Shown here piece by piece: positions 1 through 7,013 of a stretch of 11,401 nt of DNA. The position numbers and the translations under genes are program-made. Each line of letters starts with the position of its first letter. Within the stretch, counting starts at the first letter, position 1. The notes beneath the pieces were generated by a model. That model had not been told where the DNA came from. It did no database searches and worked only from the letters and a program-made list of their open reading frames with translations. The DNA comes from a candidate division FCPU426 bacterium (GTDB lineage: Bacteria; Oederibacteriota; JAAXVQ01; JAUVAV01): contig JAFGIQ010000082.1 in the NCBI GenBank assembly GCA_016929575.1, forward strand, positions 1 through 11,401, given 5' to 3'.

Positions 1-325
1 CGTGTAAATTACAGCGTATGCGCGCCACCAGTTCCGTGTCTTCATTCAGCTTCAGGGTAAAAGAGATGGGCGTGGCGGACACCGTGGCGCTCAAATCCGC
101 GCGGGCCAGGTAGCCTTCATTGGCATACAATTCCACCCACTGGATCCAGTGCCCGCCTTCATCCGGATGCGGCAGGTTTTTTCCGACAGTCACGGTCGCG
201 ACAAACGGTTCGCGCGCCTTGACTTCCGCCGGCGCTTCTATCTCAGGCAGGTGTTTTTTTTCCAGATCGGTCATGGCCGACGGATCCTTGGGGCGGTTGA
301 TGCCTTTAAAAAGCGGATCATTCAT
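1..325 (-). CDS. Superoxide reductase (1Fe-SOR / neelaredoxin-type, desulfoferrodoxin Fe-centre-II family). This is the 5' portion only; the gene continues beyond the left edge of the window.
   Basis: Translated by hand from the minus strand starting at ATG 325, with an SD-like GGAGAGGAAG about 7 nt upstream: MNDPLFKGINRPKDPSAMTDLEKKHLPEIEAPAEVKAREPFVATVTVGKNLPHPDEGGHWIQWVELYANEGYLARADLSATVSATPISFTLKLNEDTELVARIRCNLH. It stays open to position 1 with no stop. The spacing of EKKH, PHP...GGHW and CNLH(G) matches the His4-Cys iron ligands of neelaredoxin/desulfoferrodoxin (compare EKHVPVIE ... IPHP ... HHIAWIEL ... CNIHGLW). It is absent from the supplied ORF track, presumably because its stop lies outside the window. 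It also explains why + ORFs 120..689 and 149..397 are spurious. Confidence 0.8.
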   Translation of the reverse strand, partial: MNDPLFKGINRPKDPSAMTDLEKKHLPEIEAPAEVKAREPFVATVTVGKNLPHPDEGGHWIQWVELYANEGYLARADLSATVSATPISFTLKLNEDTELVARIRCNLH

Positions 326-428
326 TTTCACACTTCCTCTCCAGCATGTTTTTTTATCTGGCCCGGACGCCCGCCGGGGGCCGGGGATTTTGCTTAAACG
401 GTTTATGACCCGGCCTGCGCAGGGGCGG

Positions 429-1247
429 TTATTTACCTATATTAATCAAGGGCATGGAGTCGCCCAAAACCGTCACCGGCAGTTTGCCGTCCCATTTTTT
501 AATCCATTCCATCGATATAATGTCCTTGGTGAGCTCCGTGCGTATCAGCCGCTGCTTCTCCGCCTCTCCTTCGGCTTCCAGGATGACGCGCTGTTTGTGC
601 TGCTCGGCCTGTTTTTTTTGATACTCGGCGGTTTTGATTTTTTGCTCCTCGATCTGTTTTTGCTCCACCACCCGGTTGAACTCGTCTGAAAAACGGATAT
701 CCGTGATATTGACGTCTTCCAGCATCAGGTCGTACAAGAGCAGTTTTTTGCCCAACGTTTCGGTAATCACCGCCTTGAGCTTGGGGCGTTCCACAATGAT
801 GTTCTCCACCGGAAAAAGCGCAGTGCCCGCTTTGACGGCTTCCTCGATCGACGGTTCGATGACCTTGCGTTCAAAATCCATTCCGACTTCCTGGTACAGT
901 TTCCCCACTTTTGCCGCATCCAAGTGGTAATTGACCACGGTGGTGATCTGGACGGACTGCAAATCCTTGGATGCGCCCTCGCTGCTGCGTGTGAGCTTTT
1001 GCGTCTTGACGTCCATTTTAATCACGCTCTCAATGCCGGGAAGGCGGAAATTCAGGCCTTCCTGCATGATTCCTTCCTTCACGCCGGAAAAGCGCGAAAA
1101 CACCACCCCGCGTTCGCCCGCGCCGACAATGACGATGGGATTGAGCACAAATAAAAACAGGAGCACCACCCCCGCAATGATCAGCCCGCTCATCCCCTTC
1201 ATGGATTCCCTGCTGAATGACTTGCGCACATCAAATTCGTTCGCCAT
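429..1247 (-). CDS. SPFH/band-7 family membrane protein (prohibitin/HflC-like)
   Basis: This is ORF 429..1316 trimmed to the ATG at 1247 (MANEFDVRK...), which has the SD GAAAGGAG 7-8 nt upstream. There is an N-terminal TM segment (MSGLIIAGVVLLFLFVL). The SPFH core follows (GERGVVFSRFSGVKEGIMQEGLNFRLPGIESVIKMDVKTQKL...). The C-terminal region is coiled-coil and rich in Glu, Lys and Gln (EQKQIEEQKIKTAEYQKKQAEQHKQRVILEAEGEAEKQRL), as in prohibitin and HflK/C. The stop is TAA at 429-431. Confidence 0.88.
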   Translation of the reverse strand: MANEFDVRKSFSRESMKGMSGLIIAGVVLLFLFVLNPIVIVGAGERGVVFSRFSGVKEGIMQEGLNFRLPGIESVIKMDVKTQKLTRSSEGASKDLQSVQITTVVNYHLDAAKVGKLYQEVGMDFERKVIEPSIEEAVKAGTALFPVENIIVERPKLKAVITETLGKKLLLYDLMLEDVNITDIRFSDEFNRVVEQKQIEEQKIKTAEYQKKQAEQHKQRVILEAEGEAEKQRLIRTELTKDIISMEWIKKWDGKLPVTVLGDSMPLINIGK

Positions 1248-1288
1248 CTTTTCTCCTTTCCTCTCTCCGAGTTGCCGTCCATCAGGCA

Positions 1289-1316
1289 AGTATAATGGTT
1301 TGGCTCCAGAAGTCAA
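1289..1316 (-). promoter_or_regulatory. Sigma70-like promoter upstream of the SPFH gene, inside the 137-bp gap after the M16 gene. Read on the minus strand it is TTGACT-N16-TATACT.
   Basis: The minus-strand sequence is ggggTTGACTtctggagccaaaccatTATACTtgcc. The -35 hexamer TTGACT is the complement of 1311-1316. The -10 hexamer TATACT is the complement of 1289-1294. The spacer is 16 nt. The -10 lies about 40 nt upstream of ATG 1247. This is a sequence match only, and the transcription start site is unknown. Confidence 0.4.
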
Positions 1317-1384
1317 CCCCCGGCGGACATTATTTTACAGCACCCGGTTGGGAGCCCAAAACCTTTGCAGCGGCAAACGGTCCT

Positions 1385-4129
1385 TTACGGCTTCTCCTGG
1401 CTCTGGGCAGGCTCGGGGTGGGTTGGCGAAACAATGGAAATCAGCACCCGTTCCGGATGAAACCATTTCCGGGCAGCTTGCATCATGCCTTCAAAAGTGA
1501 CTGCGCGTATGCCCTGGGTGTACTGATCCAGATACCCCGGCCCCAAACCGTGAAATTCCACATCACGGTTTATCAATGCTATGCCTGAATTGTTTTCCAT
1601 GGTCAATGCCAACCCCCCCACCAGGTGTTCCTGGCAATCCTGCAACAGATACGGCTTGATCTTCCCCGCCTGCAGCTGCGTCACCTGGCCCAAGGCCAAT
1701 TGAACTGCTTTTTCAACGTTTTCCGGATGGGTCTGCATCACCAGGCACCAGGGACGGACCCCGTGCGAAAGCATAAAATTGGAATAGACCGCGTACGTCA
1801 ATCCCTCTTGGTCCCTCACCTTTTGCATCAGCAGGGAAGACAGTCCCCATCCGCCCAACACTTGATTGGCGACAAAAACCGGATAATATTCGGGATCCAG
1901 GCGGTGAATCCCCTCGTGGCCCAGCACGATAATGCTCTCGCTTTTGCCCGGCAAGGCGAGCTCGCGGCGTTTGCTGTTCACAACAGCGGGCATGGCTGAT
2001 ATTGCCAGCGGCTGCCAGCCGCCGGCAGCGTTGCCCTTCCAGCCGGCAAACACCCTTTCGGCCAAGGCCACAACCCGTTGCGGATCCACATCCCCGGAAA
2101 TGGAGAGGATGGTCTCCTCCGGCCGTATCCGCTCCTGGTGATATTTTTTCACCGCTTGGGGTGTGATCTTGCGCAGTCCTGCCTCGGCTGTAATCAAGCT
2201 GCGGGTCATGGGATGTCCGCCAGGGTAAGCAAGTTCGTAAAAGCCCTGCCATGCCTGCAGGTCAGAATTTTCCTTCGCCTGCGAGCACTGGGTCAAGAGT
2301 TTGCGGCGTGCTTTCTCCAGTTCCTCGGCCGGGAAGGTGGGTTGTGAAAGACAGGCCGCCAGAATCTCCAGGGTCCATTCCGCATCCGCCGAAAGGGCTT
2401 TTAGGCCGATCTCCAGCCATTCTCTGGTGGCGGAAAAATGCAGGCGGGCGCCCTTGTATTCCAAGGCATCCGCGATCTGTTCCGCGGTATAAACGGCATT
2501 GCCCCGGTCCAGCATGGCGGCATGCAGGGTGGCCAGTCCGGGCAGATCGTCGTTTTCCTGGCAAATCCCGCCTTGAATCAGTCCGGAAAGCACAAACATG
2601 GGATTGCTGGGATTGGATTGGATCAAGAGCGTTAACCCATTGGCCAGCACCACGCGGCGGCACTGATCCGTGGCTCCCGCGGTTCCTGAATGAAGGGTCC
2701 TGCCCTCCCCCTCTCCCCGGCCGAATTCCGACAGCAAAGCATGGCCTGGTCTCCGGGCGGGTTGCAGCGCTTCTTCCTGGTCGGCGGCCAGATCCACAGA
2801 CCCGGAAGCGCCTGCCGGCAAAGGCAGAAAATAACCGATGGTCATGCGCTCTGGGCGCAAATATTTTTCGGCGATCTGCCGGATCTGCTCCCGGCTGACC
2901 TTTTCCAGGCGCTCCGGATACTGGTCCGCCAGACGCCAATCCCCAGCCACGGTTTGATAAAACCCCAGGAGTCGGGCCTGATCTGTCATGCTGTCTTTGG
3001 CATACACCAAAAAGGCGCGCGTCTGATTGACCGCCCGCTGGAATTCCCTTTCCGAGAGCAGGTGTTGGCGGACCTGTTCAAATTCCCGCAACACGATTTT
3101 TTCCACCTGGGACGGCGCGACGCCCTTTTGGCAGACCACCCGGAAGCTCCACCAGCCCTGATCGCGCATTTCATACGGGGCGCCTTCCACTCCTGCCGCC
3201 AGTCCTTTGTCCACCAGGAGTTTATACAACCGTGCGGTCTTGCCGGCGGTCAGCGCCTCATTCAGCACGGACAGCGCATAATGATCCTCATGCCCGGCGG
3301 CTGGAATGGCCAGATTGATCTGCAACACCGCCGTGGCTCCATGATCCTTGAGTTCAACCCGCCGTTCGCCTTTTTGTGTTTCCTGCGGCCATGGCCGCCC
3401 GGCCCGGGCCGCCCGGCGGCGCTGTGCGCCGAAAAAGCGGGTGAGCAGATACCGGAGTTTTTTCATTTCAAAATCGCCGACCACGACCAGCGTGGCTTTT
3501 CCGGGGCGGTAATGCGTCGTATAAAAATCGTGCAGCTGTTTGACGGTGAGCCTCTGCACTTCCTCCCGCCAGCCTATCACCGGCCGCCGGTAGGGATGAT
3601 GCAGCCAGGTTTGCGCGCTCATCAGTTCCCGGAAGCGCACGTGGGGATTGTTGTGGTTCCCGTCCAGTTCCGAGAGAATGACCGTACGTTCCCGTTCGAA
3701 TTCCTTCGGATCCAATAAGGCGTTGCGCATGCGGTCGGCTTCCATGCTCAGGGCCAATTCCAGATACTCTGCCGGCACGGTTTCGACATAGGCCGTGTAA
3801 TCATAGCTGGTATGGGCGTTTTGATGGCCGCCGGTCCGTTCGAGCAAACGGGACATTTCATTCTTCGGAAATTGCTGTGTGCCTTTGAAAAGCATGTGTT
3901 CCAGAAAATGGGCTGCGCCCGATTGGCCGGGGAATTCATCCTGCGCACCGACCCGGTACCACATGTACACGGAGACCACCGGCGCGCTGTGGACAGGCTT
4001 GGCAATCACGGTCATGCCGTTTGGCAGGACAAATTGTTGTGTTTCCGCTGAAGACATGTCGCCACCCTCTGCCTGCCCCGGGATCACCAGCAGGCCGCAT
4101 AGTATCATATATGCCCATTTCCGTCTCAT
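1385..4129 (-). CDS. Secreted tandem-domain M16 family zinc metallopeptidase (pitrilysin/PqqL-like, about 914 aa). The N-terminal unit is catalytic and the second unit is non-catalytic.
   Basis: This is ORF 1385..4174 trimmed to ATG 4129 (MRRKWAYMILCGLLVIPGQAEG...), which has the SD GGAGGAA 3-4 nt upstream and a signal-peptide-like N-terminus. It carries the inverted zincin motif HFLEHMLFKGT (HxxEH) with a downstream Glu (YTAYVET). A second M16-like half follows (TLHAAMLDRGN... lacks HxxEH), giving the total length typical of PqqL-type double M16 enzymes. The stop is TAA at 1385-1387. Confidence 0.9.
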   Translation of the reverse strand: MRRKWAYMILCGLLVIPGQAEGGDMSSAETQQFVLPNGMTVIAKPVHSAPVVSVYMWYRVGAQDEFPGQSGAAHFLEHMLFKGTQQFPKNEMSRLLERTGGHQNAHTSYDYTAYVETVPAEYLELALSMEADRMRNALLDPKEFERERTVILSELDGNHNNPHVRFRELMSAQTWLHHPYRRPVIGWREEVQRLTVKQLHDFYTTHYRPGKATLVVVGDFEMKKLRYLLTRFFGAQRRRAARAGRPWPQETQKGERRVELKDHGATAVLQINLAIPAAGHEDHYALSVLNEALTAGKTARLYKLLVDKGLAAGVEGAPYEMRDQGWWSFRVVCQKGVAPSQVEKIVLREFEQVRQHLLSEREFQRAVNQTRAFLVYAKDSMTDQARLLGFYQTVAGDWRLADQYPERLEKVSREQIRQIAEKYLRPERMTIGYFLPLPAGASGSVDLAADQEEALQPARRPGHALLSEFGRGEGEGRTLHSGTAGATDQCRRVVLANGLTLLIQSNPSNPMFVLSGLIQGGICQENDDLPGLATLHAAMLDRGNAVYTAEQIADALEYKGARLHFSATREWLEIGLKALSADAEWTLEILAACLSQPTFPAEELEKARRKLLTQCSQAKENSDLQAWQGFYELAYPGGHPMTRSLITAEAGLRKITPQAVKKYHQERIRPEETILSISGDVDPQRVVALAERVFAGWKGNAAGGWQPLAISAMPAVVNSKRRELALPGKSESIIVLGHEGIHRLDPEYYPVFVANQVLGGWGLSSLLMQKVRDQEGLTYAVYSNFMLSHGVRPWCLVMQTHPENVEKAVQLALGQVTQLQAGKIKPYLLQDCQEHLVGGLALTMENNSGIALINRDVEFHGLGPGYLDQYTQGIRAVTFEGMMQAARKWFHPERVLISIVSPTHPEPAQSQEKP

Positions 4130-4286
4130 TATTCCTCCAGTTTTCCTCACCACGCCGGCGCGCACCAAAAACACATCTTGTTGTCACCCCCGGCGCAACG
4201 GCCTGTGCCATCCGCGCTTTATCCACCGGGCGGGGATGCCTGTTTTTTTTCACCCACCGTACGGACCTGATGGTTTTGGCGGGGTT

Positions 4287-5597
4287 TTAACGCAGCAAAG
4301 ACATCTGCACCTCAGGCGCGGGCCGGCCGCCGGTGCCACGGATTTGGATACGGCCGTAAACCCCATCGTATCCGGCCACGGCCTCCACCTCGCCCCGGCG
4401 CATCTTCATGACCGCCTGCGAGATCTCGTCACCGGCCAAAGCGGCGATCTCGGCCTCCGGCATGAATAAGAGCACCTGCATTTCGTTACGGCCTTCTTCC
4501 AGCATGCGGTCCCACATCATCTGCACAGCTTTGGTGCCGGTGTTTTTTTTCAAGGCCTCGGCAATCACTTCCTCCAGCGGGACCAGATGAACGCTGGGCA
4601 CGGCCCCCGGGGGGTGGTAACCGGACGGACGGTCTGCCAGCATTTCCACCCGTGAAGCCACTCCTCCGGTGAGAGGTTTGCGGCAGACAGGGCAGATCCC
4701 CTGCAGGCGGCGGTATTCCTCGGGAGGGAGCGAAATTTTGCACTGGCTGTGCCCCGGCCAATGGTATTTCCCCTCTTCCGGAAAAAATTCCACGGTGAAA
4801 CGGAAAATATCCCGGTCCCGGCGCAGCAACGTTTCCCTTAATTTTTGCCAGGTAAGCGGCCCGCAAAAAGCGTTGCATTCGCGTCCTATGCGCGCGGGCG
4901 AATGCGCGTCCGAATTGGAAATGATGGAGAGGCCGTCGAGTTGTGACAGGCGCCAGTTCATTTCCGGATCCGAGGAGAGTCCTGTCTCCACCGCAGCCAG
5001 ATAGGGCAGCTCGTCCTCAAAGCATTCTTCCAGGGAGTCAAAACCAGAACGCTCGCCCAACACGGAAAACCAGGGGGTCCAGATATGCGCCGGCACCAGC
5101 AGGATCTGGGGATCGATTTCCCTCAGCAGTTTGCACAAATGACGGACCGAGAAGCCGAAAATGGGGCGGCCGTCCGAGGCGACATTGCCTCGGGCGGCCA
5201 GCGCACGGTTGATTTCGCCGGCCGATTCCAGGTTGGAGGCCAAAAGCAGCATATGGATGCGCCGGGTTTTGCCGCCTTGTTTGAAGATATGGGAAGTCTC
5301 CGCCGTGGGCACAAACAAAACCTGGTCATCGCTGCCGCGCAAACGGTAAAAGCCGCTGTCATCCTTTTCCAAGTGCCGGTTCAATTCCCGGAAATACTCC
5401 GGATGCGTAAAATCACCGGTCCCCAGCAGGCGGATGCCCTTGCGTTGCCCCCAGTAGTAAAGGTTTTGCACCTCCATCTGCCCGGAGGTCGCCCTGGAAT
5501 ATTTGGAATGCAGATGCAAATCGGCAAAAACCAAGGCCTGTGCCTCTTCCTGCAAATCCGCCGCACAGCCTGTTCTCGGCATCCTCATATTAGTCAT
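4287..5597 (-). CDS. PHP-domain protein with an internal Cys-rich Zn-ribbon. It resembles the endonuclease Q / TIGR00375 family, so it is a putative DNA-lesion endonuclease.
   Basis: This is ORF 4287..5621 (GTG at 5621). ATG 5597 is preferred: MTNMRMPRT..., with the SD AGAGGGAG 4 nt upstream. The PHP signature ADLHLHSKYSRATSG sits near the N-terminus, with further His/Asp metal-ligand positions (FTHPEY, PAHIWTPW, NSDAHSP). A CxxC-type zinc site is present (HSQCKISLPPEEYRRLQGICPVCRKPL), followed by a helical C-terminal part. Domain order and length (about 437 aa) fit EndoQ-like proteins. Family membership is from memory and not verified by search. Confidence 0.75.
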   Translation of the reverse strand: MTNMRMPRTGCAADLQEEAQALVFADLHLHSKYSRATSGQMEVQNLYYWGQRKGIRLLGTGDFTHPEYFRELNRHLEKDDSGFYRLRGSDDQVLFVPTAETSHIFKQGGKTRRIHMLLLASNLESAGEINRALAARGNVASDGRPIFGFSVRHLCKLLREIDPQILLVPAHIWTPWFSVLGERSGFDSLEECFEDELPYLAAVETGLSSDPEMNWRLSQLDGLSIISNSDAHSPARIGRECNAFCGPLTWQKLRETLLRRDRDIFRFTVEFFPEEGKYHWPGHSQCKISLPPEEYRRLQGICPVCRKPLTGGVASRVEMLADRPSGYHPPGAVPSVHLVPLEEVIAEALKKNTGTKAVQMMWDRMLEEGRNEMQVLLFMPEAEIAALAGDEISQAVMKMRRGEVEAVAGYDGVYGRIQIRGTGGRPAPEVQMSLLR

Positions 5598-5705
5598 GCT
5601 GCTCCCTCTCTGCGCCAACACGGCGCGGGACGGCTGGAAACCGGCCAGGTGGGGAACGAGGGCCTCCTCATGCTTGCCAACCTTTCGCTCCGCAGCAGAC
5701 GGAGG

Positions 5706-6269
5706 CTATTGCTTCCATGTTGCCAGCCACTTCCAGGCATGCGGATCATCCGCGGCGTGCATGACCGCCACCTCCCTGTTGCCCACAACATGCAGCGCGC
5801 CGGTTATATACCCGGTCAAAAGACTGCGAAACGCCTCCGGCAATTCGGGATAATCTTCCACTGTCATTTTACCGTACTGCTCGCCCGCTTTCCAGTCCAC
5901 ACCCACGCGGCCTAGACGGTGGTAGCATCTCCACAATTTCGGTGTTTGGCGCACCAAAAAAGCGGTGGTGGCAAGGCTGACGAAGATTTTATAAATTCCG
6001 GATAAATGATACTCCGCCATCGCCCTGCCCAATTCCCAAAGGCCGTCGGCATTTCCAGGATAAAGAAAAGCGGCCGCTTTTTGATAAAGGACATCCAGCA
6101 CCTGGATCGGCGACCAGTCGTCCGCGATCACCGCCTGATAATATTTTTTTTCCTCCGCAGTCAACGTCTCCAGCCATTCCTGCTCAATGTCCTGCCCCCG
6201 GCCCTGCAGCACCTTGCGGATATAGACGACGCCGATGGCCCTGCTTAGAATGGGTTCGTCTTTATGCAT
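5706..6269 (-). CDS. Hypothetical soluble protein of 187 aa. It is possibly a DUF2378/TIGR02265-like domain; this is unverified.
   Basis: ORF 5706..6269. The ATG at 6269 has the SD GGGGGAGG 4 nt upstream. It has a clean stop (TAG 5706-5708) and a non-repetitive, conserved-looking sequence (EEKKYYQAVIADDWSP...LWELGRAMAEYHL...TPKLWRCYHRLGRV...DYPELPEAFRSLLTGYITGALHVVG). The codon usage resembles the neighbouring genes. I cannot confirm a functional family. Confidence 0.6.
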   Translation of the reverse strand: MHKDEPILSRAIGVVYIRKVLQGRGQDIEQEWLETLTAEEKKYYQAVIADDWSPIQVLDVLYQKAAAFLYPGNADGLWELGRAMAEYHLSGIYKIFVSLATTAFLVRQTPKLWRCYHRLGRVGVDWKAGEQYGKMTVEDYPELPEAFRSLLTGYITGALHVVGNREVAVMHAADDPHAWKWLATWKQ

Positions 6270-6361
6270 ACAGCCTCCCCCCGCATGCCGGACGTATCCT
6301 ATTGCTTCGGGCGTGATGCCTTGCCTGCCAATAATGATGCCGCCGGGCGTTGGTGTTCATG

Positions 6362-6401
6362 ACAAACAAACCGTTCCTTCCCGGGGCGCGTCCAAGCCCG
6401 G
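6362..6401 (-). terminator. Weak candidate intrinsic terminator after the small membrane protein gene. A GC stem is followed by a U-rich tract on the minus transcript.
   Basis: On the + strand, ccggg (6381-6385) pairs with cccgg (6397-6401) as a 5-bp GC stem with an 11-nt loop. On the minus transcript this is followed, after gaaggaac, by GGUUUGUUUGU (the complement of 6362-6372). The stem is short and the U-tract is interrupted, so the call is weak. Confidence 0.2.
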
Positions 6402-6423
6402 CCAAGCGGTTCGCATGAGGATA

Positions 6424-6873
6424 TTATCGCGAATCACGATCCCCTGCTTCGGACTCTTCCTCAAGCGCCGGGCGGTAAATTTCCTTGAACCAAATGGTAA
6501 CAGCGCGGCCGATGGCAAAAAAGCCCGCAGCGGCATAAGCAATGACCACGACCAGGGTTGATATTCTGGCGATTTTAAATGCCACCGGGGTGGGAATGGA
6601 TTTAAAAAAAAAGTTTTTTACTGGCGGCATGATCCACCACGACCAAACCAAAAGCCAGGTAAACCCGCCGCATAAAAAAAGATAAAAACGCCGCAGGGTG
6701 CGAACCGGTTTGGCCGGCATCCGATTCGTGCCCAGAAGGCATACCATTGTTTTAGGGTGTGATCGCAGCCATTCCGGAAAACCCTGGCGCACGGCCATAC
6801 TTGCCAAAATGGTCAGTCCCAGCCAAACCAGGCCGCAGGCCAGATAATACAGCAAAACCAACAAACCCATCAT
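6424..6873 (-). CDS. Small polytopic membrane protein of about 150 aa, with 3-4 predicted TM helices and an acidic C-terminal tail
   Basis: This is the C-terminal 150 codons of ORF 6424..7209. The upstream 112 codons overlap the 3' end of the radical SAM gene and are low-complexity Gly/Pro/Arg-rich, which is an artefact. Tandem ATG ATG at 6873 and 6870 sits immediately after the SD AAAGGAGGG. The start is therefore 6873 or, given the spacing, more likely 6870. The product is MMGLLVLLYYLACGLVWLGLTILASMAV...FYLFLCGGFTWLLVWSWWIMPP...ISTLVVVIAYAAAGFFAIG...EEESEAGDRDSR. The stop is TAA at 6424-6426. Confidence 0.55.
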   Translation of the reverse strand: MMGLLVLLYYLACGLVWLGLTILASMAVRQGFPEWLRSHPKTMVCLLGTNRMPAKPVRTLRRFYLFLCGGFTWLLVWSWWIMPPVKNFFFKSIPTPVAFKIARISTLVVVIAYAAAGFFAIGRAVTIWFKEIYRPALEEESEAGDRDSR

Positions 6874-7013
6874 CCCTCCTTTGTTAGACAACCCGCCGCC
6901 ACCAGGAAGACACGAAGCGCACGAAGAAAGAAAGTGGTGGATATTTCGCGCGGAACGCACTCCCCCTGTCGCCTGGCACAGATGTGCCCATTGCCCGGCC
7001 GTCAAGTCCGCAT

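Noticed and set aside
326-428. A GC-rich palindrome (CCTGCGCAGG) and a CCCGG/CCGGG stem between the superoxide reductase and SPFH genes, considered as a terminator
   Set aside because: The stems are short (5 bp or less) and the adjacent T-run is on the wrong strand relative to the minus-strand transcript. This is more likely part of the SOR promoter region.
120-689. The + strand ORFs 120..689 (189 aa) and 149..397 at the left edge
   Set aside because: They lie antisense to the superoxide reductase gene (1..325, minus) and the 3' end of the SPFH gene. The translations are low-complexity and no RBS is present. The minus-strand frames show clear family signatures.
2690-3718. The long + strand ORFs inside the M16 peptidase gene (342 aa, 215 aa, 225 aa and others across 1625..4469)
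   Set aside because: They are entirely nested antisense or out of frame within a confidently identified M16 gene. Their Arg/Pro/Gly-rich composition is typical of GC-rich non-coding frames.
4217-4225. A DnaA-box-like 9-mer TTATCCACC in the intergenic region 4130..4286 (possible oriC)
   Set aside because: It is a single copy with one mismatch to TTATCCACA. There is no cluster of boxes, no AT-rich DUE and no dnaA or dnaN nearby. This is a chance occurrence.
4543-4550. Homopolymeric A8/T8-9 tracts in coding regions (254-261, 612-619, 4543-4550, 6144-6151, 6604-6612), considered as phase-variation slippage sites
   Set aside because: In every case the tract is simply consecutive AAA Lys or TTT Phe codons (KK or FFF) in frame. 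There is no evidence of frameshifted alternative ORFs. The tract lengths are modest.
5594-5791. A small minus-strand ORF (65 aa) whose stop overlaps the ATG of the EndoQ-like gene as ATGA
   Set aside because: It overlaps the 3' end of the 187-aa gene in another frame. It has no SD and a junk-like sequence (MRRPSFPTWPVSSRPAPCWRREGAA). It is probably coincidental, though a short coupling uORF cannot be fully excluded.
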